NCBI GenBank assembly: GCA_051362555.1
Contig: CM120642.1
Location: forward strand, 10,664,001 to 10,728,000
Reading direction: 5' to 3'
DNA length: 64,000 nt
Source: Lingula anatina
Lineage: Eukaryota; Animalia; Brachiopoda
In this document: in pieces, positions 13,101 through 25,505 of the stretch
How positions within the stretch are numbered: the stretch's first letter is position 1
Layout of the letters: the number at the start of each line of letters is the position of its first letter
Notes under the pieces: model-generated
What the model saw: only the letters and a program-made list of their open reading frames with translations
Told to the model about the DNA's origin: nothing
Database searches by the model: none
Translations under genes and position numbers: made by a program

Positions 13101-14651
13101 AATGGCTTGATTCTTATTATTTTCACATTAGGAATTCAACTGGCTAATCAAAAGATAATTCTAATGTCAGCTTTGAACTCCAAGTCTACTTACAGCTACT
13201 CCTCCATGGCTTGCCATTCCCTGACTTGCTGGCTGTTAGATAAAAGGTAATTTAATGGTCTTAAGAAACATTCTGGTAAGGAAAAAAGGAAGAAATTGAA
13301 ATCCGAAGCAGTCGTTTAAAGGATCATCCATTTTTATCATTTTTTTCACAAGTCTATAAAGAGTAGAGTAGAAGATGAAAAGCTATAAATTATTACCTTT
13401 GACAGCAATTTGAATGATCATTTTTATCAATTTCAAAAAGCGTACAGAGGGCATTTACCCCCTCCCCCAGTATACCATTTTTTAATTTGTGAATATAATT
13501 ACCAGTATATAAATGGATTTGGAAATGACATTTTATGGGACATAACCAGGGGCGGATTGAGGCCGTCTTCTGGGTCTTCCGGAAGACGGTCAGATTTTCA
13601 AGTTTACATTGACGGATATCTAATTTTTTCTCTCGGAAGACGGTCAAAAATATAGGATGGATCAACAAAGATAATTTAGAAGACTGTCAGAAAATAGCTC
13701 TGGATCCGCCCCTGATTACACATTTGCTTTTAAAGACTTATTCAGAAGTTGAGGTCTTACTGTAGGCTTTGGCTTCATGGGTATTGGCTGGGCTGTCTGG
13801 GCACTTTGTCTTTCATAGTAGGCTTTTCTTGGGTCTTCCCATTGTGTGACCCTGGTGTTATGATTGATGTAAAAACTGAAAGAAAACATTCACCTGTAAT
13901 TAACTGGAATCTTATCAATTGGGGTATTTCATATGTTGAGAGGCAGTGACAAGGGTGGATGGGCAAAGGGTGGATATTCCTACATATACAGCAGAAGAAT
14001 TTTCATTAGATATTTGTTATTGTTTGTCAATATTATTGTGAAATTTTCTTCACATTATTCTAGCATTTGTTATTCATAAAACAGTCGTGAGATATTTAGT
14101 CTTTTACTTTACTTCTAGGTGTATCTAAAATGCTGCAATCAACTAAAATATATGCATTTCCAAATCTGTTGTTAACCTTCTAAGACTGAGTCAACCTCCT
14201 TTGTAGTTCTATTGTAGCTAAGAGTGTTCGGACTGGTACTAAATGAGAAATACCTGTACACTATATATTTCATACTGTTTCTAGGATATTTTTTGTAGTC
14301 GTTTTTGCTCAAGCCTAAAAGCATCAATGCTGGCATTTCCCAGAAAGAGTAAAGACCCTATTAAATTGTGCACAAATTGCAACATCAGTGTCATAGTAGA
14401 TGTATCTATCACTAACACAGCCACTGCCCTAGGAACACCGATTGCGCAAGGCACTTACAAATACAAGACTTGGTTTAAACTAGTGTGGCATAATAAACAC
14501 GATTATCATCTTACCAAATTTATTGACTGATAAAAATCTTTAACATGATATTGATTACTTACTATCTTCTTTGATTGTAGTCATATTTGGCCTCAAACCC
14601 AGGAGGGAGGGGCATTTGCCACCATGGCTGCATTCCCCCTGCAGTCGCCAT
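10197..14651 (-). CDS. Uncharacterised protein: WW domain, two CUE/UBA-like segments and C-terminal GP[DN] repeats (413 aa, 10 exons)
   Basis: Exons (minus strand) 14651-14563, 13875-13761, 13232-13194, 12941-12835, 12513-12344, 12024-11889, 11581-11504, 11204-11037, 10820-10683 and 10398-10197 splice in frame with GT-AG. [35 protein letters not shown]. CUE-like: KIKQSFPTADMDIIVNILEGNNYDLFRAREQLRSMG and KLTNEFSEPMSVIDMVVEVCQYDETKARALL. A Ser/Pro/Ala/Thr-rich linker follows; the protein ends VVTCL. Confidence 0.85.
11311..11470 (+). mobile_element. Intronic MITE (CAGGGGC..GCCCCTG termini), copy 1
   Basis: Termini CAGGGGCAGA / TCTGCCCCTG. The interior is similar to the copy at 13547-13714. No clear TSD. 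Confidence 0.65.
13547..13714 (+). mobile_element. Intronic MITE (CAGGGGCGGA..TCCGCCCCTG termini), copy 2
   Basis: Perfect 11-bp TIR. Shares TTTCAAGTTTACATTGAC and GGATGGATCAACAAA with copy 1. Confidence 0.7.
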
Positions 14652-14687
14652 TTTCCCCGAGTATGTTTACGCCCTCGTTTTCGTGTG

Positions 14688-14695
14688 TGACGTCA
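14688..14695. promoter_or_regulatory. Palindromic CRE (TGACGTCA) just upstream of the WW-CUE gene
   Basis: Exact CRE ~37 bp upstream of the minus-strand ATG, in a locally CpG-richer stretch. Motif match only. Confidence 0.35.
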
Positions 14696-15743
14696 TCTTG
14701 GAATACCCCTTTTATCCGTCGGAGCTGACAACCGCATTCCTTCACCGGTTCTTGTCTTTTCTGTCTTTTAAAACAGCAAGAATTAAATACGCAATATATT
14801 TTGATTAGGCCTACTTAATTGGATAACAGCTGTGCGTTTTGGCAAATAAATAAATAAGGATTTCCTGTGGTAAACGACGATTTTTCCATACTTACCAATG
14901 GTTAATGAATCCATTCCAACATTCAAAGTTAATCAATTTTTTTTTGTAATAATCTCTCAACCTAATTTATTACGAAGATAAAGCCATCTATGAAGGTCTG
15001 CGTCGTCCAGTGACAAGCGCACATCCCAGAATAATTACAATAACCGCTGTTTGGGTGGTGAAATATGGGATTTATTATATTTATATGAATGTTTTACAAT
15101 GTTTTTATTGTGAAATATGGATCTCATGCGAACAGTTGTTATCCCTTTAAGTTTTCTATCGGTTTATGGGGAAGGCCGCTTTTAGAGATTGGATTTCGTA
15201 GTTACCATCATTTAATTGATAAAGGTCATATAGAGGCGATACACACATTTTTATAATATCTAATACTTAGTAAGAAAATTGTAAACAGCAAATTATACCA
15301 TATATAGTGAAGGAACTATATTAGCCTATACGGGAGTAGGTCAACCAGAGATATACCGGTAGGTCTGCATACAGTGTACTAAGCTTGGTTGGTTATCATT
15401 AATAAGCTAGCTATATGGTTAACAAAAAGTATATATCTTACAAAAAGTATAAATAAGGTTTGACACCATTTACAGGTATTTTAATTTTAAAGTCAGTTTA
15501 ATATTATATTGTTTGTCTGACATTCTAGACAAGGCACAAGAAACAAAAACTAATTTACGCGTAACAACAATGTGTACCGGTTCCTGGCATAATGCACTGC
15601 TGAAAGGCAATCGATTTTGTGGTATACGCACTTGTTCCCTAATTGTATAACAAAGTTATTTTCTTCGTATTTGGTTTTAAAGTAGATGGTTCCTCATTTC
15701 ATTCTCGTACTTATATAGGCTTACAGGTACATGTAGGTTAATT

Positions 15744-16619
15744 TTAATTCTTTGAAATAAGGTAAATGTTCACTTTGTCTCTATCTGACGAATCCGCAAA
15801 ACCAGCTTTGGAATAGAAAGCATCATCTCGAGCTGCAACTGTCTTTAACAACTTGACGCTGCATTCATCACCAAACAGTTTTTGTGCAAGATCCATAGAT
15901 ACGGAACGATGCCCTTCACCATTCTGGTTGTCACCTTTATCAAAATCAAACACCTCCGCTAGGCAATGGCCACCTGTTTTAAGCAGCGATTTAATAATGC
16001 TCACATACGAGACAAGATCCTTCTCATCAACGGCTATCAAAGACCCACGGTCCCATACAGCGTCAAACTGTCCTTCTAAGTTCTCATTAAAGTAGAAGAA
16101 ATCTCCAACATAGAATCGTATTTTGTTGTCTGCGCTTCGGTAAAGCTTGCCTTGTATGGCATCACATTGCTCTATGTTAACGGGGACGTTCTGTTCTGTG
16201 AAGAATTCCTTTGCGGCTTTTTCTGCTCCTTCTATTCCAACAACAGTGTGACCGAGATCTGCCAGCCTGGAAAGACAGAACCAGACATTGGGGTACAATT
16301 GCCAAGAATTTAATTGATGTCAAATCGTGTATATTTTTGCACGCACAAACAAATTTAAACATCTTTAAAGGCACGTAGCTTATCATAATAAATTGATGTG
16401 AAAATGTTCACAAGAAAAAATATTTCAACTTTGATACCATTTCATATCGACAGTCTTCCCACACAGAGGCACCAGGACTTTAGCGTCTTTTTTGCCAGCC
16501 ACCATGACGTCCAAAAACTCCTTTAGATAATGGTTCACACCGGACATATGCCATCCGACTTGGTCGCTGTCCCAAGCCTCTATCCATTCCCCCAATCTTT
16601 CTTCTTCAGCCTTTGCCAT
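15744..16619 (-). CDS. TPMT: Thiopurine S-methyltransferase-like, copy 1 (subfamily A, 234 aa)
   Basis: Exons 16619-16438 and 16266-15744, with a phase-2 intron in the W codon of MKW|LAD. Motifs [32 protein letters not shown] and FDAVWDRGSLIAV. Confidence 0.92.
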
Positions 16620-18923
16620 TCTGGAATGTATAGGGAAATAATTATTAAACTCAAAATGTAAGTTCGTCCCCGGGAGTTTATGCTACAGAGGTCTGCACAC
16701 AGAGAGTAAAATTAACCAAAACCAAATTGTGTTACAATAGAATGTAAGGTATCAGGGCATGTTAATATACACAGCATACCTTGAGTTAAACCCACTGTAA
16801 AAAATCCAACAAGATGACACAATAAATGATCCGTGTTGGAAAAAATACAACACTAGTCATGTAAGAGATAAAATAAAATACTGAGTAAGTCAGAGTTGAT
16901 TCAAGCGAGTAAAGCAAAATGTTTTACCGCCAAATTGTGGAAATTTACTCCCCAAATTTAGATTCCTTACTTAACCAATGGAGAGAATTAGAAAGAGAAC
17001 GCATAGTCAAAGAAAAAATGTTTTTTTTTTTTTTTTGGGGGGGGGGTGCTCAACGATAAGTCAATAGCGGTATCCCAACTCAATTGTTAATTAAATTTGA
17101 ATCAACATCACATTTTCAACGCTGAATTGTCATTATTAAATCAATTTTAAATCTGTGTTGATCAACCTCCAAAACAAATTTCAACGTTCAATCAATGTTG
17201 TGTCCCTGCTTGGATGCTGCCTATTAACAATTGCAAGGCAAATGTGGACTAGCTAAGAAATTGTTTTCGCCTCAAATAACTAGGTCAAAGTCATGTTAAC
17301 ATAGAGGACATTACAATCGATATGACAAATATAAGACTCATTTTATATCAATTCTGGGCATCTTAAATTACTTTTAAGTTCCCAGTGGAGGATTAATTGC
17401 TTAGTATATAACATTAAATTAATACAAACATGATTAGCGCCTGATGACGATTGCAATGGCCTGGGCACAGGTACTCGTAGTGATGGTACAGTACGTGTGT
17501 AGGTAGTCAACACACATAAATTGTTTTCATGAAAGTCATAAAGCATCTGTGTATTTTGAATCCCTTTGGTGGAATACGTACCCTCAGCATATACTGTTCG
17601 GGGTCAACGACAATAATATAATATCAAAACACTTTACCTGACGGTTGAAAATTCTCCAGAATAAGTGAAGCATAAACAGTATATCAGGTGCGGTGTATGT
17701 GGCCTAGATATAAGCTTCTGTGTATTTTATCGACCGTGTTTTGTGACCTGACAAAACCTTGATTTGCTACACGCATGCGTATAGATTTTAAAAAGGGTTT
17801 AGTTTGAACGTCATATAAAAGTGATTTTCAGGGCTTTTTTTCATTTTTTTTTTATTAAACCTTTTTGATGAAGGTATAAGTTTTGTTTTATGGAAGGCAT
17901 TGCCCGTCTTAGACACAAGAATTGAATGCTTTTTTTCTGCAAGTTAAGCATTCAATAGCCTACCTGTCGTGTCTTCTATTTCTATTTTTGGTTTCGGATG
18001 TGACCATAGTTGATGGCATCGAAAATGACATCAAAGAATATTAAGTCGATTAAGCAATGACACACATTTCACTTTCGCCATACATGCCGACCCGGATAGA
18101 GTGTTCCGATTGTCAGAATTTCCAGGTGATGACAAGAAGAAAACAATAAATAAACTAAACGATTGATGAACAAAAGCCACGTACAGCATCAAAGTTGAAA
18201 TTGATTTTATTCTTAGACGGTGATAAAAAGAACAACTGTTGGCAGAATGCAAGAGTTTACTGGAAAATCGGCTGCATGTGCTACTAGCATTTGGGATGTT
18301 TGTGCGCTGGTTAATTGTGATGTTCACCAGTATTCTCAGTAACAAGTGAACGGTTTAATAACTCAACTAAACCAGTGGATGGGGATGGGAACTGGCCCGA
18401 CCAAGAAAGTAGATAGTCCTATGTATACCACCTACCTTCTACCAGGGACACAGATTGATTTTCACTATATATTCACAGATATGTCTCTACCTAACTATGT
18501 ACATTTTTTGGTATCGTGTAGATTAATTAAAAGTAATGAGCATCGAGCTGCCTTGGCGGGGGTCTCCGCTCTCTGATAGCTTTATTCTTTTTAAATATTG
18601 ATCTAATATGCAGTAATCGACGTTGCGTCATAAGCAATTGTTAATTATTACTCAATAACGTTTATTGATTATTCTGTCTTCTACCTATTATGTTTTTTAC
18701 ATACAATTTCAGAGATTTCCCGAGCTTCATAATAAGCCCAGATATCAAAGGTGTTTTGAAGAAATGCGGGTCCGTTTCAGACTATAACCGGATGTGCACA
18801 TGAAGGATAGGCTTCAAGAGGGATTAAATAAATGAACACTGCATCATATACATGTGGGCATGTAAAATTTTCAAAACATCGGGAGGAAGTGCACAGAACA
18901 TTCAAATTCTATTCAAAACTACC

Positions 18924-18978
<55 letters not shown>

Positions 18979-19813
18979 CGGTCTAGATCGCTGTCTACCT
19001 TGCTTTGTACAAACATTTAACTTGGCGGTCTGTTAGAGTTACTATAAATAAACTTTACTTGCTCTGTGCTACATGTATTTCCACCAACGAGAGGTTGAGC
19101 CTTCAGGGACGACATCAGAAGCGTATGTACTGAGAGAAATAGCTATCAAACATATGCTCATATCCAATTCTGGGTCTGGCCAATTGTGTGTTACCCCCAA
19201 GCTGTGAAAAGAAATTTCACCAGTGTCGTTTTAGTCAGAGAACGTCTTGAAAAGCAAGGGAGTTGAATTCCAAAGACAAAAGAAAGTGCGTTAAGTTCAT
19301 TGATAACCCTGAAATTTTGTCTTTAACACTGGAAATTATACGTGGACCGAGTTACTTCCACTACATATCTTGGCTTTCTTCGCCCCAAATATGCCCATGA
19401 AATATAGCACAAGTGCCCAGCTTACTCAAGCATCGATTCGGCCAATTATCGTGTGCATTGGTTTGTGTATTAATTTAACTGTACCGAGTGTGAAAGAGAC
19501 AAAATGTTAGGGTTATCAATAAACTCAACGCACATCCGTCTTGGCGGGTCCCATTGGATAATTTTGTTACCCGGTAAAGCCACTTTTTATTTCCCGAGAT
19601 ACGTGAAATGTTCATATCTCTTGAGAGTTCAACCCCTAGATTCTGCACACGTACATGAAGGTTACATTAACTTTATATATAAGCTTTCAAGTTTCGCCAT
19701 TTTGTGTGTGATCTTGCGTAACGGGTTATTTAACGTGGCAAAAACAGCGGATTCGACTGATAAATACAGAAGCATCTTTTCATACCTTAGGTCCCATCTC
19801 ACTTACCAGCAGC

Positions 19814-21178
19814 ATGAGTGAGGACACAGAGCCAGGTAGAGAAATGGACTTGTGGATGTCAAAATGGGAAAAGGGACAAGCAGTCTGGCACAAAACCGTT
19901 GTTCACCAGCTGCTGGTGAAAAATTTGGATTTGCTCGTTGCTGGGAAGAAAAACGCTAAGGTCCTCTTTCCACTGTGTGGGAAAAGCTTAGATATGAAAT
20001 GGTGAGTAAATAAATAATCTGCTATTAGCAATACACAAGCCTTACGATAATGTTACATCATCACTGCAAGATGTCGCGTATGGTCCATTTTCAGTTTGGG
20101 ATAGTACATTTAAATTTCCGTTGAGATGTGGAAGATTGGACATGAAATGGTGAGTAGATATATAAATCTGCAATAAGCAATACACAACTCACAATAATAT
20201 TGCACCACCACTGCAAAATGTCACATATGACGCATGTTCAGTTTGGGGGAACACATTTTAATTTTCGTTGTATTAAAATGTGATTCGGAGAATGTGCATG
20301 AATGACTTTTCCTTATATTGAAATTGAGATGTACTTTTTTCAGAAGGATTTTATAGCCATGGAAAATATGTTATTAGAAAGAATGTATCGTCTGCACACT
20401 TCTTTTTTAAGGCAGAGTACGGTCATCATAAGGCCATTTGGTTACCGAAACAAAACTAAACTTATGCACTTTGTAAATGTAGTTTAATATTATGAAATGT
20501 TTGTGCTGGCAAAACAACTTTCACTGCTTTAAATATTATATAATAAATGTATTAACATTACATAAATATCATAACAATATAAGACAGTGAATATAACTAC
20601 TACATTCATTTCAAAAATGAAATGCGATAATGACATATTCCACGATTTTTTTCAGGCTTGCTGACCAGGGACATACTGTTGTTGGTGTGGAGGCATCAGA
20701 ACTTGCTGTCCAGTCTTTCTTCACAGAAAACGGTATACAGCATACAGTCACCGACGTCCCTGCTATTGATTTCAAGCTTTACCAGGACTCGGACAACAAG
20801 ATAAGAATTTATGTGGGGGATTTTTTTAAATTCAGCAAGGAATTGGAGAGAGAATTTGACGGAATTTGGGACAGAGGAGCACTAGAGTCCATACATTTAG
20901 AGGACCGTGCGCGCTACGTCAAACTCATGGTATCACTTATGAGTGAAGATTGTCAATACCTAGCTGAGGCATATTATTATGAAGGCGGTAGCAAGCGAGG
21001 ACCACCACCGCATTCTACTCGCCCAGATACCATATACAAGTTGTTTGAAAACACCTGTGATGTAAAATTGGTTGAGCACGTTGATCTTAAACAACCAGGT
21101 GCCATCTGTTCCTCTTCTTTTAATTCGGAAGTTGATGTTCTGTTTCTTAATTTGTACCTTTTCACAAAGAAAAAATAA
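19814..21178 (+). CDS. TPMT: Thiopurine S-methyltransferase-like, copy 2 (subfamily B, 236 aa)
   Basis: Exons 19814-20001 and 20656-21178. Motifs [40 protein letters not shown] and GPPPHS. Confidence 0.92.
19994..20272 (+). repeat. ~148-bp tandem duplication spanning the splice donor of TPMT copy 2
   Basis: ATGAAATGGTGAGTA..AATCTG..AGCAATACACAA..CACTGCAA..TCAGTTTGGG occurs at 19994 and again at 20142. Confidence 0.75.
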
Positions 21179-22261
21179 GGCGTATTTATATATATATATC
21201 GCTCGGGTGACAGTGTATTATCTCACACATATGTTCTTCCTTTTGCTTTTATGCAGAGGCACTGAAAATGGCCGTATATGTTCTGATCATTGATTTTTTG
21301 TGGTGTCGCCATAGCCTTCCGAAACATTTCTCCCTTTAGCTGCCAAACCATATATGGCTATTTTGTTTGACGAAAATGTAGGTTGTATAAAGAAATGAAC
21401 TCATTCAAACTTTTTTCACTAAAGTTATTGATGTTTTGTATATTTTTGCGGCGATCATGTAGCTGCCATGAAACTTCCATACCATTTGTTGTTAAATTAT
21501 TTACTTCAGATTAACTTCATGTAGAAGGACTTATTTGGTAATTTGTCAAATTGAGGTCGAAAGTCTGTATAATTGGAATATTTAAAATAAATTTATCGAT
21601 TGAAATGAATTTTTTCTTTAATTTTCATCCTTCTTTACATGCATATGCCCCGTTATTGGCAGATTGAGTGATTGTTTTTACAATGCTTTTTACATGGCTG
21701 CTAAAATGGAAGTTTACGGTGTGTCACAGGCAGTGTGTGTGGCCTACTAGGGCCCCATTCCCATAAAATCAGTTTTACAAGTTTGTCCATAGTACCTATA
21801 CATGTGTATTACAATAATACTATTGTCCATGGTATGTTATACAAAAATGAAAATGAATGAAAATAAATAAAAATATAAATAATTAGAAAGTTAATTTCCA
21901 CATGTAATTTCTATTGTGGCCTATTATTGCAAAAAGCCTAATTGGGAACTTACGTTACCAAACGTAACGTATAATGTTTATTGTATTGTTTTATGTATTG
22001 AGCACAACACTCAATACAGATTATTCACTTTGTCTGCATTGTCTTGTCATTATTTATGAAAATATTTAATGGAATTGACAACATTGTTATAAGACTCAAA
22101 CATCTGCTTCGCATACATCGGCACTGAGGATGCTTTGATATTTTCTGGACTTCTTTAGACTTGTAGCTCACTCCATCTAATGTTTCTCGAGTACACACCA
22201 AAAAGAACTACGTGACATCACAATAAGGAACTATTTTTGTACTTTTGTACTCGCTGGTAAC

Positions 22262-22500
22262 CTTCCCAGAGACTAACTTTGGATCGAAATATCTCCGAGG
22301 GGATTCTCGCTTAATTGCAATTAACTTGGGCGGATTACATGTCTGTCACGCCTGCTGAGGCTGATAGGTGGTAATTAACTAGCGTTTAGCAGCTTTAGTG
22401 GGCGTCCCAGGCGCCTAAGCCGTTTGGGCTGAAAGCAATGGACCGTGGAGATGGACCGTTCCTGTTAGATCGATCTAGGGATAGGAACTCAGTCCTAGTT
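22262..22500 (-). repeat. Fragment of an interspersed repeat (inverted homolog of 33570-33822), ending at the Tc1 boundary
   Basis: GGGATTCTCGCTTAATTGCAATTAACTT...GTCTGTCACGCCT...GGAGATGGACCGTTCCTGTTAGATC aligns to the reverse complement of 33570-33822. Confidence 0.7.
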
Positions 22501-24173
22501 CCGGAACCATACAGGGTTACTACTTAATATGGAATATTTTTTATCATTGCTATTTTTGAGTGCTGATTAAATTTTTTTTGGCTTAATTCATCTAAAAAGT
22601 ATGTCATTAAATGATAAAAATATCCAGACTTCTATTGTGAAATATTTTGGTTAATAATATCAAATCTGACATAAGATGACATTCAAAAGATAAGAACACC
22701 CCAAGAAAACCACAACAATTTGATGTCAGTATTAACTTTAAGCTAAGATATTAAAGAAAATGATAGCCTCCGGACAGTGATATGTTACACAGTCAAAGAA
22801 ATCATTACAGTAAATCATGAAAAGTCATCAATAGCGGGTATGACCACCAGCAGCCGCTTGCAGCGCCCTCATCCTACATGGCATACCCTGTGACAAGTTT
22901 TTTAGAGTTTGGATGGGGATATCATTCTACGCAGTGATATTTGCCTGTCGCAGTTCATCACTATTTACCGGCCGATGACCATAGCTATTAATTCTGTGAG
23001 TTACTTCCGCCCACAGATTTTCAATTGGGTTCATTTCTGGGGAGTTTGCAGGCCAGGGCAGTTGCGGAACCCATTGGTTTTGAAGAAAAACAGTGATTCT
23101 TCGAGCTTGATGTGGGGTTGCACAGTCGTCTTGGTACACAAAGTTGTTCCTGAAGATGACTCTTACAAATCGAAGCATTGTTTGCTGTAGAATGTCTCTG
23201 TAGGAATCCTGGTTAAGGTTGCCTCCTAGAAAAACCAACTGGTTCTGGGCACCTGCAAGAAATGCTCCCCAAACAGAGACGTTACCACCCCCTGCTTGTA
23301 CCCTAGGCAGTACACAATCATCGTTTTATGCCTCTCGTACAAGTCGGCGGACACGGATTCGACAGTCAACCCCCAAAATTCCATATCTGGCCTCATCACT
23401 GAAAACGACGTCCAGTGTTTTGGCTTCAAACGCACCTGGTCCACAGCCCATTGCAGACGTCGCTGTATATGACCTGCTGTTAACAGTGGCTTCCGTACTG
23501 GTGTTCGTGCAAAATAACCGACTTGCAGTGATCTCTTATTCACGAGGGACCTTGAAACGGGCGTTTGAAAGACATTCTGCCACTCTTTTCTGAGGATACT
23601 GGTTGTCTTTGTACTACTAGCACGGCGCACTCTAAGGAGAAGGCGATCCTGTCTTCTTGGTGTGATACGCGGACACCCTGGTGGAAGTATTGGAGTAGGT
23701 GCCCCTGTTGTACCTTTCTTTGGAGGACTTTACTAACGGTTCCTGAAAAATGTTGAATTGTCTGGCAATGGCTGTCCGTTTCTGGCCATTTTCTCTGAGA
23801 GTAAGAATCCCATAGTAAGCTGCATTGCTTAGCTGTCGAACCATATCTTCTCTAAGGTACCTGACAAGTTTCAGAGCTATTCCTTTGTTGCTTTTCTAAA
23901 TAAACTCCAAAGATTGACCAAACCCATGTGTTTTTATACAAGGGCAGAAATTGCCGAAAAGACCACCCCTCACATTTCTGACCACAGAACATGCAACTGC
24001 ATGCATTAATTGTTTCGAAAGTTGTGTGGTAATTAGGTAACACACCTGGCTACACGTGGAGTGACGCTTCCGTTTTGGATTTAAAAGAGTAAGAGAGAAA
24101 ATAAATATTTTGTAGAAAATTTACTTGCCAAAAAATAATATTCCATATTAAGTAGTAAGCCTGTATGTTCCGG
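22501..24173 (-). mobile_element. Tc1/mariner DNA transposon (DD34E), degenerate
   Basis: Inverted repeats CCGGAAC(C)ATACAGG(G/C)TTACTACTTAATATGGAATATT at both ends. The core TA|CAGG..CCTG|TA spans 22512-24163 and encloses a frameshifted transposase. Confidence 0.9.
22828..23844 (-). pseudogene. Tc1-family transposase, frameshifted
   Basis: Fragments in several frames: HTH (MVRQLS..TAIARQFNI), RKPLLT..RRLQWA, VVFSDEARY, YQDDCATPH-(34 aa D to E)-WPANSPEMNPIENLW, and C-terminal AAGGHTRY*. Confidence 0.88.
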
Positions 24174-25505
24174 TAGATATAACTGTTATTCTTTTTATCA
24201 TGTTCCATTATATGTTGTAGTGATTCATCGGTGGTAAATTAAAACTGATTCAAAGATGTCTTCATAAAAACTCGTCACAATCTTTAAAAAAAGATAAATC
24301 ACCGAACAGCAAGCGTGGTTTGGTGCGATTCAGTTGTCAGTTGCAAACTACTTCCTGGTTTTCACAAGGTTCTTCAAGGACTCTAAAACATCGTTATAAT
24401 TGCAGCACATACCATAAACACTCAAAAATAATTAGATATGGGCATATCAGATTATATACATGCAAAAATTCCACATGATAACGATTTACAGCCTCGCGGG
24501 AATTATTTTCCCTTGACGCTCTTTGTCGCGCTGTCGGTCGATGCGGCATCTATATCAAAACAAATTGACTGCAAATCAAGCACGATTTTGCACCTTCATG
24601 TATCGTAACACGTTTTCATTTAATGTACCTTTTATCTCTACAAGTATGTTCTGCCCAAAATACCAAAAGAAAAAATGTTATCTCACTATGTTGTTGGAAA
24701 AACTGCTTTTTTTCTCCGAGCCCACGTCATCGCTCCTGTTCAACCTCCAGCTAAAATGACCACTCAGGTTCACGTCTTACACCACTTGACGTAATATGAC
24801 GTCAAACTTCCGGCACAATCCTGTCTCCTCCGGTACCCTCTATTTTTCTGTACCGTTCAGATTATTTTATTAATAATGAGCGGCAAATGCGGGTCCGCAT
24901 GAACAGATGAAAGATAGGCTTTAAGGATGATACAGTGAGGGAACCTCTTACATGCTGGTAACTAACGTGCAGACATTTTGTTTGAAAACCATGTACAATT
25001 TTCAAAACATCGGTAGAAAGTGTACAGAACATTCAATTTTTATTCAAAATTACCTTGTTAAAAAAACATGACGGTCAAGAACACTATGTACCTTGCTTTG
25101 CACAAACATTACACCATTCGGTCTGTTAGTATTGCTATAAAATTTACTTTGCTTGGTCTATGCTATTTTTACCACATCAACCTTCAGGGACGACATCAAG
25201 GGCGTTTGTACTGAGGTAAGCTATCAAACAAGCTCAAATCCGATTCTGGGTCTGGCCATTTGTGTGTTACCCCCAAGCTGTGAAAAGAAATTCCACCAGT
25301 ATCTTCTTTTTGTCAGATATCGTCTTGAAACTTAACTCTGTCAGCGATTCTGCCTATGAAGGTTAAAGGTCAACGTCAGCGCTTCCATGTCACGTCATTT
25401 TGCATGTGATCCACAGACTTTTTAGTGTAGCAATAACAGGGGATTCGACTTATAAATACAGAAGTATCTTTTGATACCATTAATTCTATTTCGCTTACAA
25501 GAAGC

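Noticed and set aside
15853-16095. Antisense and alternative-frame ORFs over TPMT, kinase and FkbM exons (also 20977, 42141, 43658, 54031, 54355)
   Set aside because: Shadows of real coding exons on the opposite strand
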